Below the pieces are notes generated by a model, which saw only the letters and a program-made list of their open reading frames with translations, was not told where the DNA came from and searched no databases. 27,261 nucleotides of DNA, taken from assembly GCA_965644295.1 (NCBI GenBank), contig CBFFRP010000651.1, positions 1 to 27,261 on the forward strand. The letters are read 5' to 3'. The stretch is from Paraphysomonas bandaiensis. Its lineage: Eukaryota > Protista > Chrysophyceae. Below are positions 9,444-21,070 of the stretch, piece by piece (positions within the stretch are counted from its first letter, which is position 1; every line of letters begins with the position of its first letter). Position numbers and translations under genes: made by a program.

Positions 9444-12400
9444 ATGGACCCTGAGGATCTTTGTAATGAGATAGAGAATAGATTATATCGTCTTAAGCCT
9501 CAGACGGAGAACAGAGAGCCTCTACCGGATCATAGAGACTCCCTCTGTGTGCTATTGACTGTCACTGATGCTGGTGAATGGATAGTTAAAGTCCGTTCCA
9601 CAGGGATTATTGTGAATGCCAGGTATGCGGGAGAACACACACACACCACACACTGTATACACTATACAGATATATGATACTCTCTATACACTATACAGAT
9701 ATATGATACTCTCTATACACTATACAGATATACGATACTCTCTATACACTATACAGATATATGATACTCTCTATACACTATATAGATATACGATACTCTC
9801 TATACACTATACAGATATATGATACTCTCTATACACTATATAGATATACGATACTCTCTATACACTATACAGATATACGATACTCTCTATACACTATACA
9901 GATATATGATACTCTCTATACACTATACAGATATATGATACTCTCTATACACTATACAGATATACGATACTCTCTATACACTATACAGATATATGATACT
10001 CTCTATACACTATACAGATATACGATACTCTCTATACACTATACAGATATATGATACTCTCTATACACTATACAGATATACGATACTCTCTATACACTAT
10101 ACAGATATATGATACTCTCTATACACTATACAGATATATGATACTCTCTATACACTATACAGATATACGATACTCTCTATACACTATACAGATATATGAT
10201 ACTCTCTATACACTATACAGATATACGATACTCTCTATACACTATACAGATATACGATACTCTCTATACACTATACAGATATACGATACTCTCTATACAC
10301 TATACAGATATACGATACTCTCTATACACCATACAGATATATGATACTCTCTATACACTATACAGATATATGATACTCTCTATACACTATACAGATATAC
10401 GATACTCTCTATACACTATACAGATATATGATACTCTCTATACACTATACAGATATATGATACTCTCTATACACTATACAGATATACGATACTCTCTATA
10501 CACTATACAGATATATGATACTCTCTATACACTATACAGATATACGATACTCTCTATACACTATACAGATATATGATACTCTCTATACACTATACAGATA
10601 TACGATACTCTCTATACACTATACAGATATATGATACTCTCTATACACTATACAGATATACGATACTCTCTATACACTATACAGATATATGATACTCTCC
10701 ATACACTATACAGATATACGATACTCTCTATACACTATACAGATATATGATACTCTCCATACACTATACAGATATACGATACTCTCTATACACTATACAG
10801 ATATATGATACTCTCTATACACTATACAGATATACGATACTCTCTATACACTATACAGATATATGATACTCTCTATACACTATACAGATATACGATACTC
10901 TCTATACACCATACAGATATATGATACTCTCTATACACCATACAGATATATGATACTCTCTATACACTATACAGATATATGATACTCTCTATACACTATA
11001 CAGATATACGATACTCTCTATACACTATACAGATATATGATACTCTCTATACACTATACAGATATATGATACTCTCTATACACCATACAGATATATGATT
11101 GTGTAGTATGTAAGATTCTGTGTATGTGGTATAGTGTTCGATATGACGCTATTCTTGTGATAGTTATTGCAATTGCTATGTGATCTATACTATATGTATG
11201 TGATAATGTGTTATCGTTAAGTAATATATGTCATTTTTGTTGGTAGTGTGCTTTAGATATATGAAAGTGTAGTATTGTTTTATGATAGTTTAGGCTGTAT
11301 GAAAGAGTTAGTACTATGGAAATAGGATAGTGTATTAGGGTATACTTTGTATCGTGTGTTTAGTATGACGGATATATCAGATGTAACAATGGAAATGCGT
11401 TGTTGTGATTGCATATGATGTATTGTATATATGTGCTGTATTTTTATAGCTTATTATATGTGCGCCGTAGGGAACTGGTGTTTGAGGACTGTGCTCCCGT
11501 AGATGCTAATATTAAATTTGACTCCCCAGAGACCTTTCTGTCTCTCCTTGGCGGAGCGGGTCAAGACCTTCCCTCCGGTATCGCCTGCACGGGTAGCGAG
11601 CAGGTGGCAGGGCGGATCTTCGATTTGCTTAGGGCGCAAGCTCCCCGCCACATGACTGGGCGTCCTAGCCCGAGTCCCAGTAAGCGTAAGATGACCAAAG
11701 AGAAGGTGGCCGAGGGAACCAAGAGCATTAAGTCAGGATGGTTGAACAAAAAACGTGATATTATTGCAGGGTGGCGTCACCGTTATTTTAAAGTATACAA
11801 TGGACGTGTGGAGTACTACACGGACCAGCATGCGGTGGTGCCACGGGGGGTCATACCTCTCATTGGGGCTGACTTATCAGGGCCCAGGCGGTGTACTGTT
11901 AATGGAAATGACGATCACTGGAGTATCACGTAGGTTACTTGTGTATATGCATTCTGTGTAATTTTATAATATAGAATTGAGCCGAGGTACAAGGACAAAT
12001 CTTTCAAACTTGCATCGGATATGCGTGGCCTGGAGGGCCAGGTAGACATGGAGTCGTGGAAACAGGTACGCGTTTCCTTCTCGCTCTTGAGCGAATATAA
12101 TTTTTGAGATGCTTAGGCGCTTCTACTAGCGTCCCATGGAACTTCACCTCCACCTTCACTCAATGGCTCTCATTCGCCCTCTCGTCCGCCGCAGAAGCAG
12201 CACCATATATCTATTCCGCATCGCATTGCCGCGGCAGCTAGTTCTTTGACAAGATCTGCCAGCGCATCCGCCCTTACTTCATCTGATTGTTCCAATGCTG
12301 CATCAGATACGTGTCCGCCCTGCTACCCAGAATTTTCAATCAAAGCAAGTATTATCGTGACAGCACTGCTAATCGCACTCCTTGCAGTGTACGTGGGAGG

Positions 12401-12626
12401 AGGGGGGTTGAAAGTTGGCGGATTATTGGGAGCTGTTATACTAGGAGGACTTTGTTTAGTTATGAGTCTGAAAGTTGCTACTGACCTCCGTCCTGGTCAT
12501 ACACCAACGACTCCTGGAGAGCACAGTCAGCCTGCGTCTCCCACTATCGATCCTTCCTTCTCCGATTCTGCAGATGGTACGGAGCCCGAAGATAACGGCA
12601 AGTTGCCACCAGTAGCCAAGCAGTAA
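9444..12626 (+). CDS. ~412-aa protein with SCP2-like N-terminal domain, PH domain and C-terminal transmembrane hairpin; exons 9444-9622, 11471-11929, 11975-12065, 12117-12626
   Basis: All three introns are GT-AG and phase compatible. The PH domain KSGWLNKK..IIAGWRHRYFKV....EYY...PRGVIPL...ESWKQAL is clear. Hydrophobic hairpin IIVTALLIALLAVYVGGGGLKVGGLLGAVILGGLCLVMSL. The SCP2 likeness (GEWIVKV...VDANIKFDSPETFLSLLGG...IACTGS) is by eye only. Confidence 0.82.
9656..11099 (+). repeat. 29-bp minisatellite (TATACACTATACAGATATAYGATACTCTC), ~50 copies, inside intron 1 (9623-11470) of the PH-domain gene
   Basis: Near-perfect tandem array. The main variant is T/C at TATA(T/C)GAT, often alternating. 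Confidence 0.97.
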
Positions 12627-13589
12627 CCTTTATTTAATTAGAGTGGGGGTGGACGTGTTGTATTGTATATACCTTAGAGTGTATAGTGGTGAACAACTAA
12701 TGGTGTTGTGCATTCGAAGTTATAAATCGAATTGCCCAGTGTTTTGTATGTGAATTTGATGCCCTATGGGAAAGTGGTTGCTTAGGTCTTTTTTAACCCG
12801 CTTAAGTAAATTTCTTTCTTACAAGTACTCATCCGTATAATATGCATGTTGCCACGCTGTTTATTTTGTGTAATATGACTGGTACTGAATCACACACGAT
12901 TCCCGTGAGCGAGTCTAAGTTATATCAAGGTTTTACATTATTATGTATTATGTCGTGAAGGCGTTAATAACAGCGCGTGATACCCACTCAAAGCTGTTAG
13001 AAAGCGACATAATAGTAGTTGAACTTAGTAAGAAAGTTTAGATAAACACTTTAAGAAGAAAATATAAGAGATATCATGCACCATTCATTGTCATTCACCA
13101 ACTCGGTTGATCTCTACTACACCAACCAGTTTTAGTACGATCATAGCTATCATATCATTGGTTCTCATAATACGGTTAGCTACTACGCTACTACTGTATT
13201 CTTTGAGTAACGGTTATAATTCAAATATCTTAGAAACTACGGCTTTTAATTGCTCACAAACAGCAAAACTCAACAAATGCTTTAATTATAAACTATGATC
13301 AATCTCACGTAACATTCATTGTCGCCAAACTCATGTTATCTCAACTACCAGCCATTTTCATACCATCTTATATAGACATGATCTTGTACAGTCAATATAT
13401 TTGGAGAATGAATGTGAAATCGAAATACAATGCTCTATATCTCAACTATGGGTGAAATTTATTATTACCTTTGCATTGACGAATAGCATTAGAACACAAT
13501 CACCACTACATCGAACAATGTAAAGGCACATCACACGCATCTATCTATTTCTGTTTCGACAGATGAGGTGAAACGCATACCCAAACATG

Positions 13590-15672
13590 CTAGACGTTGA
13601 GTCGTACAATAATGCACGTCATGTTGTCTCCGCCGATACCACCTGTGTTCCTAGGGTCCACTGACACGCAGAACTTGAATATCTGCACATACATGATATT
13701 AGTGATTACGAAGAGTATTCGTATAAACATCCATTGTCATCCGTGTAGCCAATGTGTTAACATAGACAATTTGTGATATAACAACACTCACGTCTTCTAA
13801 TATGGCGCTCAATTCCTTTCCGTCATCGATTCTTTTACTCACGAAATCACACTAATCAATGCACTTAGATCAAACGTACACAGGCAAAATAATTGGCATA
13901 CCGCTTCCTGGTTGGTGAAGCAATCCCAGATGCCATCGCAAGCAACCAAAAAGAACTTGTCATCCGGAAGCAATGTCGTCACAGTGATATCCGGGTCCCC
14001 ACTGATGATCTGTTCAGGAGGGGGTATATTGCGGTTCTGCTTGTACTTCAAATCTCCTATAGCACGCGAGAGATTCAGATTGCCGTTCACCCGACCCACT
14101 TGGTTTACAAATCCACCAGCAGCGATGATACGATCGGACTCAGTTTTCTATACCATAAGGCGTCAAAACGAAAACGACATATTATAAAGGTGTAGAAGCA
14201 ACAGAAATAGAGCTGTTCATCATTGTATAGAACTTGAATAACGTTTGTCATAGCTACTGGTATAGATGTTTCATACAAAACAAATTAACGGCAACGCAGA
14301 GTACACATCCTATCACAACCACTCACATCATTGGGTTTGTGATCAAAAGAGAGTGCGTACGCAGATCCGTCGCCCCTACACAATACAGCTCTGGAGTCAC
14401 CTGTGCGTATTAGCGAGTAAAATTAATTAGGGTTGATATAGGATGAAATTGGGGCACAATGGCTTATATGGTGTGAGAACAGAGGATATTATTGTTCGGA
14501 GGGATGAGAACGTACCCGCATTAGCTACGTAGAGGTCATTTCCGTGCTTCAAAGAAACGCAAGCAGTGCATCCTGCCGCTATCCTGAACAGCGTGTTTAT
14601 AAAGACACAAACATATATATATCACGTATATAAGTCGATTTGCAAGCATATTGCATGAAGGGATCCCTAAGTCACCCCCTTATATATAAACAGACAAAGT
14701 GACGTAACATATATCAAAATGACAATCTTCAGTAATAAAAAATATTCAATTACCTGTGATCTGGTAAACGACATACCATTGACCCATCATGAGGAAGTGT
14801 AACACCCCCTGAGACTGATTCTTTCCTCTCTCTGACCATATCATCAACAGATTCTTCATTAGTATGTACTGTCTCTCCTAATGGAGCTAATTGAGTATTA
14901 GATGCTTTCTTTGCTTCTTTTTGTTGCATAAGTAGTTTCTCAAATAATTCCATTGCTTCAGATATAGGGATCTTCTTAGCTGATGGAGGAGGAGAGGATG
15001 AGACCCCTCTATCTGTTAACTCCCCCTCTTTATGATCCTCATCACTGCTTTCAACTGCCTCTGCTTCTGGTTTCTCATCAGAGGGATTAGGTATCTTACG
15101 AAATTGTTGGAGTTGATAGTCATATGTCTGATAATAATATTAATATAAGGATGACAATAATAATAATATTACTATACGGATATAGTTAAAATATAGAGTT
15201 AGTTATAGTCAAATAAAGTTACATATAGTTATATAGTGCTTTATAGTTATAGAGTGTTATATAGCGCTATATACCTCATCTTCAAGCATCTCATCCATTC
15301 GATGAAAGCATCGTCGAAGAGCATCACCGAATCTGCGACTATAAAACTCATCAAGTGCAGTTAATTCCTGTAAAAAATACACTTGACAAAATTTCGCAAC
15401 TTCTTTTCCTATGAACATACACATACATACATGAGTTGAATAGACGGATATATACATATATACATACCACCATGACCATCAAATACACCGAATACAGACA
15501 CATTATCCCCATTAAGTGATGCATCAATTGCTGCAAGGTCTGTACAAGATATATGAGCATCTTCCATATTTTTTCTCCATCCTTGTATTTCCCCTACAGC
15601 GTATTTGATCCCATAGCCTTCACCTAACTCTGAATGTATGTCAGTATTTGGGGTACTTAAATAAACTCCCAT
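13590..15672 (-). CDS. Protein phosphatase 2C (PPM1G-like, with acidic/low-complexity insert); exons 15672-15468, 15408-15275, 15127-14754, 14583-14516, 14400-14327, 14147-13902, 13851-13792, 13682-13590
   Basis: MGVYLSTP, QGWRKNMEDAH, FGVFDGHGG, GCTA, YVANAGDSRAVL, LSFDHKP, RVNGNLNLSRAIGD, ACDGIWD and GDNMT: all PP2C motifs in order, with seven GT-AG introns in consistent phase. Confidence 0.96.
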
Positions 15673-16020
15673 AATCACAAGATGCTGATAGAATGAAACT
15701 ATAAAAGATCTTGTAACTGTCTGTTAGTGATGTTGAGATAAGGGGGGGGGATATGTGAGAGGTGATAGAGGGATGTATATGGGTATAATAGATACGAGGA
15801 GAGTGACAGACCAGTCATACAATATGATGCAGATAGCTCTCAGTATATACATACATACACATACATATACATATACATAGAGAGAGAGAGCTATACATAC
15901 ACCACCACCTCCACCTCCACCCCACCATACCATACCAACACATACATACAGCAGTATACACATACACACACCATACCGTACAACATATAGATATATATAC
16001 GTACGATGCCCTCAACCCCA

Positions 16021-16154
16021 CATACATACATACATACATACATACATACATACATACATACATACATACATACATACATACATACATACATACATACATA
16101 CATACATACATACATACATACAAACATACATACATACATACATACATACATACA

Positions 16155-16188
<34 letters not shown>

Positions 16189-16538
16189 CATACATACATA
16201 CATACATATACATACATACATACATACATACACATACATACATACATACATACATACATACATACATACATACATACATACATACATACATACATACATA
16301 CATACATACATACATACATACATACATACATACATACATACATACATACATACATACATACATACATACATACATACATACATACATACATACATACATA
16401 CATACATACATACATACATACATACATACATACATACATACATACATACATACATACATACATACATACATACATACATACATACATACATACATACATA
16501 CATACATACATACATACATACATACATACATACATACA

Positions 16539-16570
<32 letters not shown>

Positions 16571-16673
16571 CATACATACATACAAACATACATACATACA
16601 TACATACATACATACATACATACATACATACATACATACATACATACATACATACATACATACATACATACAT
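16021..16673 (+). repeat. (CATA)n microsatellite, ~163 units, between the divergent PP2C and N6AMT1 genes
   Basis: Direct reading; a few CAAA/TATA/CA interruptions. Confidence 0.98.
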
Positions 16674-16724
16674 GTACATTAAGGGGGGTGAGTTTCTGGT
16701 TCAGATTAGTAGATACATTTCCTG

Positions 16725-17682
16725 ATGTTCATTAATCGCGAGGACTCCGCTCAACTTCCCTGTTTGGATCATTTAGATCTCTCCTCATACGAGCAGTGAG
16801 TATGTATGTATGTATGTATCTTTGTAGTAATTCACTGTGTATGTGTGTGTGTATGGATCTCTCTATGCAGCATATATGAGCCATCAGATGACACGTTTCT
16901 CTTATGTGATTCATTATTAAAAGAAAGATCTTATTTATCTCTTCTTAAGCCACGTCTGTGTATTGAGATCGGGTAAGTTAGTCCCCTCTACATCCCTGTA
17001 GTCACATGTAGTGGATAGGTGTGGTAGCGGGTGTGTGATAACGTATCTTGGACAGCTCTTATATCAGATAGGAATACATGCGGAGTTAGTTGCTACTGAT
17101 ATAAATCCTCATGCACTTCATGCAGCTAAACAAACTGCTATAGCCAATCATGTATGTATTATTCCACTTGTTGTATATGTGATATACAGACTCCTTATAA
17201 TCCTGTTCTCTATGGACACTTGCAGGTATCTTTAGAATGTGTTCGTAGCTCTCTTCTATCGGGCATGGAGGGAGCGGTCGGTCGAGTAGACGTCATGGTA
17301 TTCAATCCACCCTATGTTCCAACTCCGGATGAGGAGGTAGCTGGCTGTGGGATTGAAGCCTCCTGGGCAGGTGGCACGGATGGGAGAATTGTAATAGACC
17401 AGTTTCTTCCAAAAATACATGTATGTACACTGTATCCCTCTTTGATGTAGTGCCCACAGTTTTGTAGGTTTTTTTATCTGACAGAGGTGTGTGCTACCTG
17501 CTCTTGGTAAAGGAAAATAAACCGAATGAAATTAGTCGTATATTAAAGGGCTATGGGCTGAACACTGAGGTGCGTAGACCGTCCAGCTGGCAACTATTAT
17601 AACTTCAACGTTATAGGTGGTGTTGCAGCGGGTGGCTCAGAACGAGAGGCTGCTGGTAATGCGGATATCACGTACTACTTGA
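16725..17682 (+). CDS. N6AMT1: HemK2/N6AMT1 (Mtq2-like eRF1 glutamine methyltransferase); exons 16725-16795, 16871-16972, 17019-17151, 17226-17420, 17468-17569, 17617-17682
   Basis: Spliced motifs HIYEPSDDTFLLCDSL, EIGCGSG, TDINPHA, VFNPPYVPT, WAGGTDGR and NERL. Five GT-AG introns in consistent phase. The start ATG is the likely but not proven initiator. Confidence 0.94.
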
Positions 17683-18032
17683 TACTTGATGATAAACGAT
17701 AAACTGCATGCTCTTTATTATAGAATTTACACAATTGTATATATCTAGAAGTGCAAGTAGTAGCTGCTTAAGGTTATTCGTCTGTAGTAAGACGTATTGA
17801 AGATAACAGTTAACTACAGCTAAACTATATATCTATATTTTATATCAGGCAAATGGCAAATTAGCAGTGAATGTCAAGTTACGCGTTATGCTACAACAGT
17901 GAATAGCAATTTTAGCTGATCATATTCTACATATGGAAGATCTGAGCAGTTATTCAGCTTAGCTATCCATTCTTTACATTAACAAATGTAAACTTCCTTG
18001 TAAATAAAATAAAAGACATTTACTGGAGATCA

Positions 18033-19196
18033 TTATAACGCACTAAACACTTGTTTCCCCTTTATAAAGGTAGCAACGCACTGATAATTACTGTCAAATA
18101 CACACAAATCTGCATCATATCCCGGCTCCACTTTTCCTTTAGACTCCTGCAAACCTAGTACCTGGGCAGGATAGAGGGATGCCATATTGATAGCCTCTGG
18201 GAGTGAAATATTACAATGAGTAACACAGTTACGTACAGCGGTCAGAAGAGTAAGGGCCGATCCGGAGAGAGTTCCGTCTGGCATAACGTATCTTCTTCCA
18301 CCCTCGTCATCCTGTAGTATGTGGGGATACACTCCCTCAAGAGTGTTTGTGACTGCATCGGTAATGAGAAACAACTTCTCTCCCAGCTCCCGCTTCGCCA
18401 ACCTCACCATCACATAATCTACGTGAATCCCATCAACTACTATACTGGTAAAGGGACGCTCTTCAAATATCGCTGGAATAATACCCAGAGAAGGCTCACG
18501 ATGCAGCATCGGAGGCATGGCATTATAGAGATGGGTAACCGCGGTAACTGGTCCTGATTCGGCCAAACACGACTTCCCAACGGAATAAGAAGCGGCAGTG
18601 TGACCCGCAGACAACACTATTCCATTGGCACTAAACAATTCTTGTACATCCTGATCCACACGTTCAGGAGCGATAGTCATCATGCGTATAGTATCACAAG
18701 ATCGATCTAATAGGTCCTGTGCTTCGTTCAAAGTAGCTTGTTGAATGAGCTCAGCAGGATGAGCACCTCGCTTTGCTGGACTCAAATAAGGACCTTCCAA
18801 ATGCAAACCCCAAAAATTTCCAATACGAGATGTATTATTCCTGTATTCTTTTGCACTACCAATACCTGCATTAACAACATCCATTGTATTCGTTGCAATA
18901 GCTGCAAGAAATCCAGTGGTTCCCTGTGTGATAAGATCCCTTTCGAGTTGAGCCAATGCACATACTTCAGGCTTACCACCAAACAACAATCCACCACTAC
19001 CATATATCTGAAGATCAATCAAACCTGATGATACAGTGTGACCCTTTAGATCGATTACTGTCATGTTCTGGGTGTCCACTGCACTGATGTCCGATACGTT
19101 GCATATAACCCCATCGCTGATAACTATCACTTGATTGTAATACACACACCCACACGATACCACAATACCATTAATGAGAGCCAACGAATCAGACAT
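18033..19196 (-). CDS. nagA: N-acetylglucosamine-6-phosphate deacetylase, intronless, ~387 aa (start MSDSLALING; alternative ATG at 19226)
   Basis: GLIDLQIYG, GTTGFL, GLHLEGPY...KRGAH, TIAPE, SAGHT, THLYNAM, DGIHV, catalytic LITDA, GTLSGS, EAINMASLYPA and G.DADL amidohydrolase/NagA motifs. Confidence 0.96.
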   Translation of the reverse strand: MSDSLALINGIVVSCGCVYYNQVIVISDGVICNVSDISAVDTQNMTVIDLKGHTVSSGLIDLQIYGSGGLLFGGKPEVCALAQLERDLITQGTTGFLAAIATNTMDVVNAGIGSAKEYRNNTSRIGNFWGLHLEGPYLSPAKRGAHPAELIQQATLNEAQDLLDRSCDTIRMMTIAPERVDQDVQELFSANGIVLSAGHTAASYSVGKSCLAESGPVTAVTHLYNAMPPMLHREPSLGIIPAIFEERPFTSIVVDGIHVDYVMVRLAKRELGEKLFLITDAVTNTLEGVYPHILQDDEGGRRYVMPDGTLSGSALTLLTAVRNCVTHCNISLPEAINMASLYPAQVLGLQESKGKVEPGYDADLCVFDSNYQCVATFIKGKQVFSAL

Positions 19197-19240
19197 TGAA
19201 GTAGAGACTGTGAGATAGAGAGACATACACTGAACCAAAC

Positions 19241-19499
19241 TATGTATGTATGTATGTATGTATGTATGTATGTATGTATGTATGTATGTATGTATGTATG
19301 TATGTATGTATGTATGTATGTATGTATGTATGTATGTATGTATGTATGTATGTATGTATGTATGTATGTATGTATGTATGTATGTATGTATGTATGTATG
19401 TATGTATGTATGTATGTATGTATGTATGTATGTATGTATGTATGTATGTATGTATGTATGTATGTATGTATGTATGTATGTATGTATGTATGTATGTAT
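19241..19499 (-). repeat. (CATA)n on the nagA sense strand, ~65 perfect units
   Basis: Uninterrupted (TATG)n on the + strand. Confidence 0.98.
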
Positions 19500-19539
19500 C
19501 GAAATACGTACACATCTTTACATGTATGGATCTGTATAC

Positions 19540-20147
19540 TGTATTTCAGCTGTAGTTCTATATCAGTAATGTAGAGTAATTTTGCTTCAATTCTTTTCCG
19601 AAAAATATGATGCTGACAGCCGATACACCAGTACCAGTACCTGCTATACCAGCATACACACTTTGTATTGAAGAAGTGAATAGAGGTGGTTGTTGTGCAT
19701 ATCGATTTTATTGATTTATTTCATTAAAAAGTCCTCGTTTTTTCAGCGGCAAGTGAAAAAAAGTGACTTTTTAATGAAAAAACGATGATCGATATGCACA
19801 ATGCATCACCCCAAGCGTATGGGCAGTCAGCATCTTATTTTTCGGAAATGAATTGAAGCAAATATTCTCTATAATACTGCAATAAAACTACGTATGGAAT
19901 ACAGATAATTGTTATCTCAATATTAGAGGCATCTTTGAACAAAAATACACAAAGGATGCCGATACGAGTGACTTGTACGAAGTATCTAGATATGGACTAC
20001 GTATCGGCAATCAGCATCTTATTTTTTCGGAAATAAATTGAAGCAAAATTTTCTATATTACTGCAGTACAACTACGGCTGGAATACACATAATTATTGCC
20101 TCAATATTAGAGGCATCTTGGAACAAAAATATACAGATGCTGATACG
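19540..20147. mobile_element. Cluster of ~150-bp MITE-like units: partial inverted copy 19540-19626, full copies 19816-19966 and 20000-20147
   Basis: Shared core TCAGCATCTTATTTTTCGGAAAT.AATTGAAGCAAA...AACTACG..TGGAATACA...TCAATATTAGAGGCATCTT.GAACAAAAAT. The unit termini CGTATCGGCA / TGCCGATACG are mutually inverted. No TSD recognised. Confidence 0.7.
19693..19801. repeat. ~110-bp palindromic (hairpin) element
   Basis: TTGTGCATATCGAT...TTTCATTAAAAAGTC pairs with GACTTTTTAATGAAA...ATCGATATGCACAA. Confidence 0.85.
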
Positions 20148-21070
20148 GACAGCTCAGTGTGTATATAAGCATATGAAACACGCACATTGAGATCACATCC
20201 CACTGAATCCATGAGCATATAGATCCACATGGTTCATAGAACACTGTGATATTGTATCATGTGGAGACTGGTGAGAAGCACAGGAAGAGATGCCTAGCAG
20301 AGGATGAACTCATCTGTTGTCGTTAGATAGCTGAACGTAAGAGTTATACACCCACCTGTTTGTTTTATATGGTTTCAGTGGTTGCATATCTGTCAGTGAT
20401 GTCTTGGGATGTAAAGGAATGTTGAAGTTTGTTGTTTGTGAGCAAGTGCAAGTTGTAGTTCAAAGATATTTAAGTTATAACCGTTACTCATAGTATTCAG
20501 TAGTAGCTAACCGTGTATTGAGATTAATATCATGACGATAAGTGTATAGCATAGTAGTGAAACAGAAGAATAATGACCATACGAGGTATGAGTGGTAGTA
20601 GATTGAACTTGAAATTGATAAATGATAAGAGATATTGATTATAATTTATTCTACTCATAACCTTCGACAAGAAGAAAGGAGTCTAAACTGCGAAAGTGCC
20701 ATATATCCATATATTGCTTGCTTATTTTACTTACACCTGTCCTCATATTATTTGGCTTTGTATTTGGCAGATAGAATTGATTAGTCTTGATATATTTTAG
20801 TGTGAATATGTTTTTCTTTGTGCCTTGCGGTTAATAATTGAGTGCTGCACTCTCTTTACTCGTTATGATTGGCTAAGTGATGGCTGCATAGCCTACGTGA
20901 AATTACGACAGTATGTAAAATAGAAGACAATGCATATTACTTAGATAATAATCAAAAATGATTAGCTTAGTGTCTTGATTACTTAAATAGGTAATATGGG
21001 TTGAAAATAGGTCGTTTACTTTTTGATGTATTCTTGGATTCCATCTTAGTTACTTGACTACAACACATCA

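Noticed and set aside
9616-10576. YTLYRY/SIHYTDI ORFs
   Set aside because: Translations of the 29-bp intronic array.
12627-13589. Hidden gene between the convergent PH-domain and PP2C genes (ORF 13107-13298)
   Set aside because: AT-rich, non-ATG start, no motifs or supporting splice structure. Likely 3' UTRs and intergenic DNA.
15815-16725. MYVC/HTYI repeat ORFs, including MPSTPH(TYIH)n that superficially resembles an N6AMT1 N-terminus
   Set aside because: (CATA)n has no stop codons in any frame. The ORF ends at the TGA overlapping the ATG at 16725, which gives a normal N6AMT1 start.
16725-17682. NPPY methyltransferase as a DNA adenine methyltransferase of a restriction/defence system
   Set aside because: YEPSDDTFLL and WAGG..GR identify the HemK2/Mtq2 protein glutamine methyltransferase family, and no nuclease partner is present.
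19127-19574. Repeat ORFs upstream of nagA
   Set aside because: Microsatellite translations.
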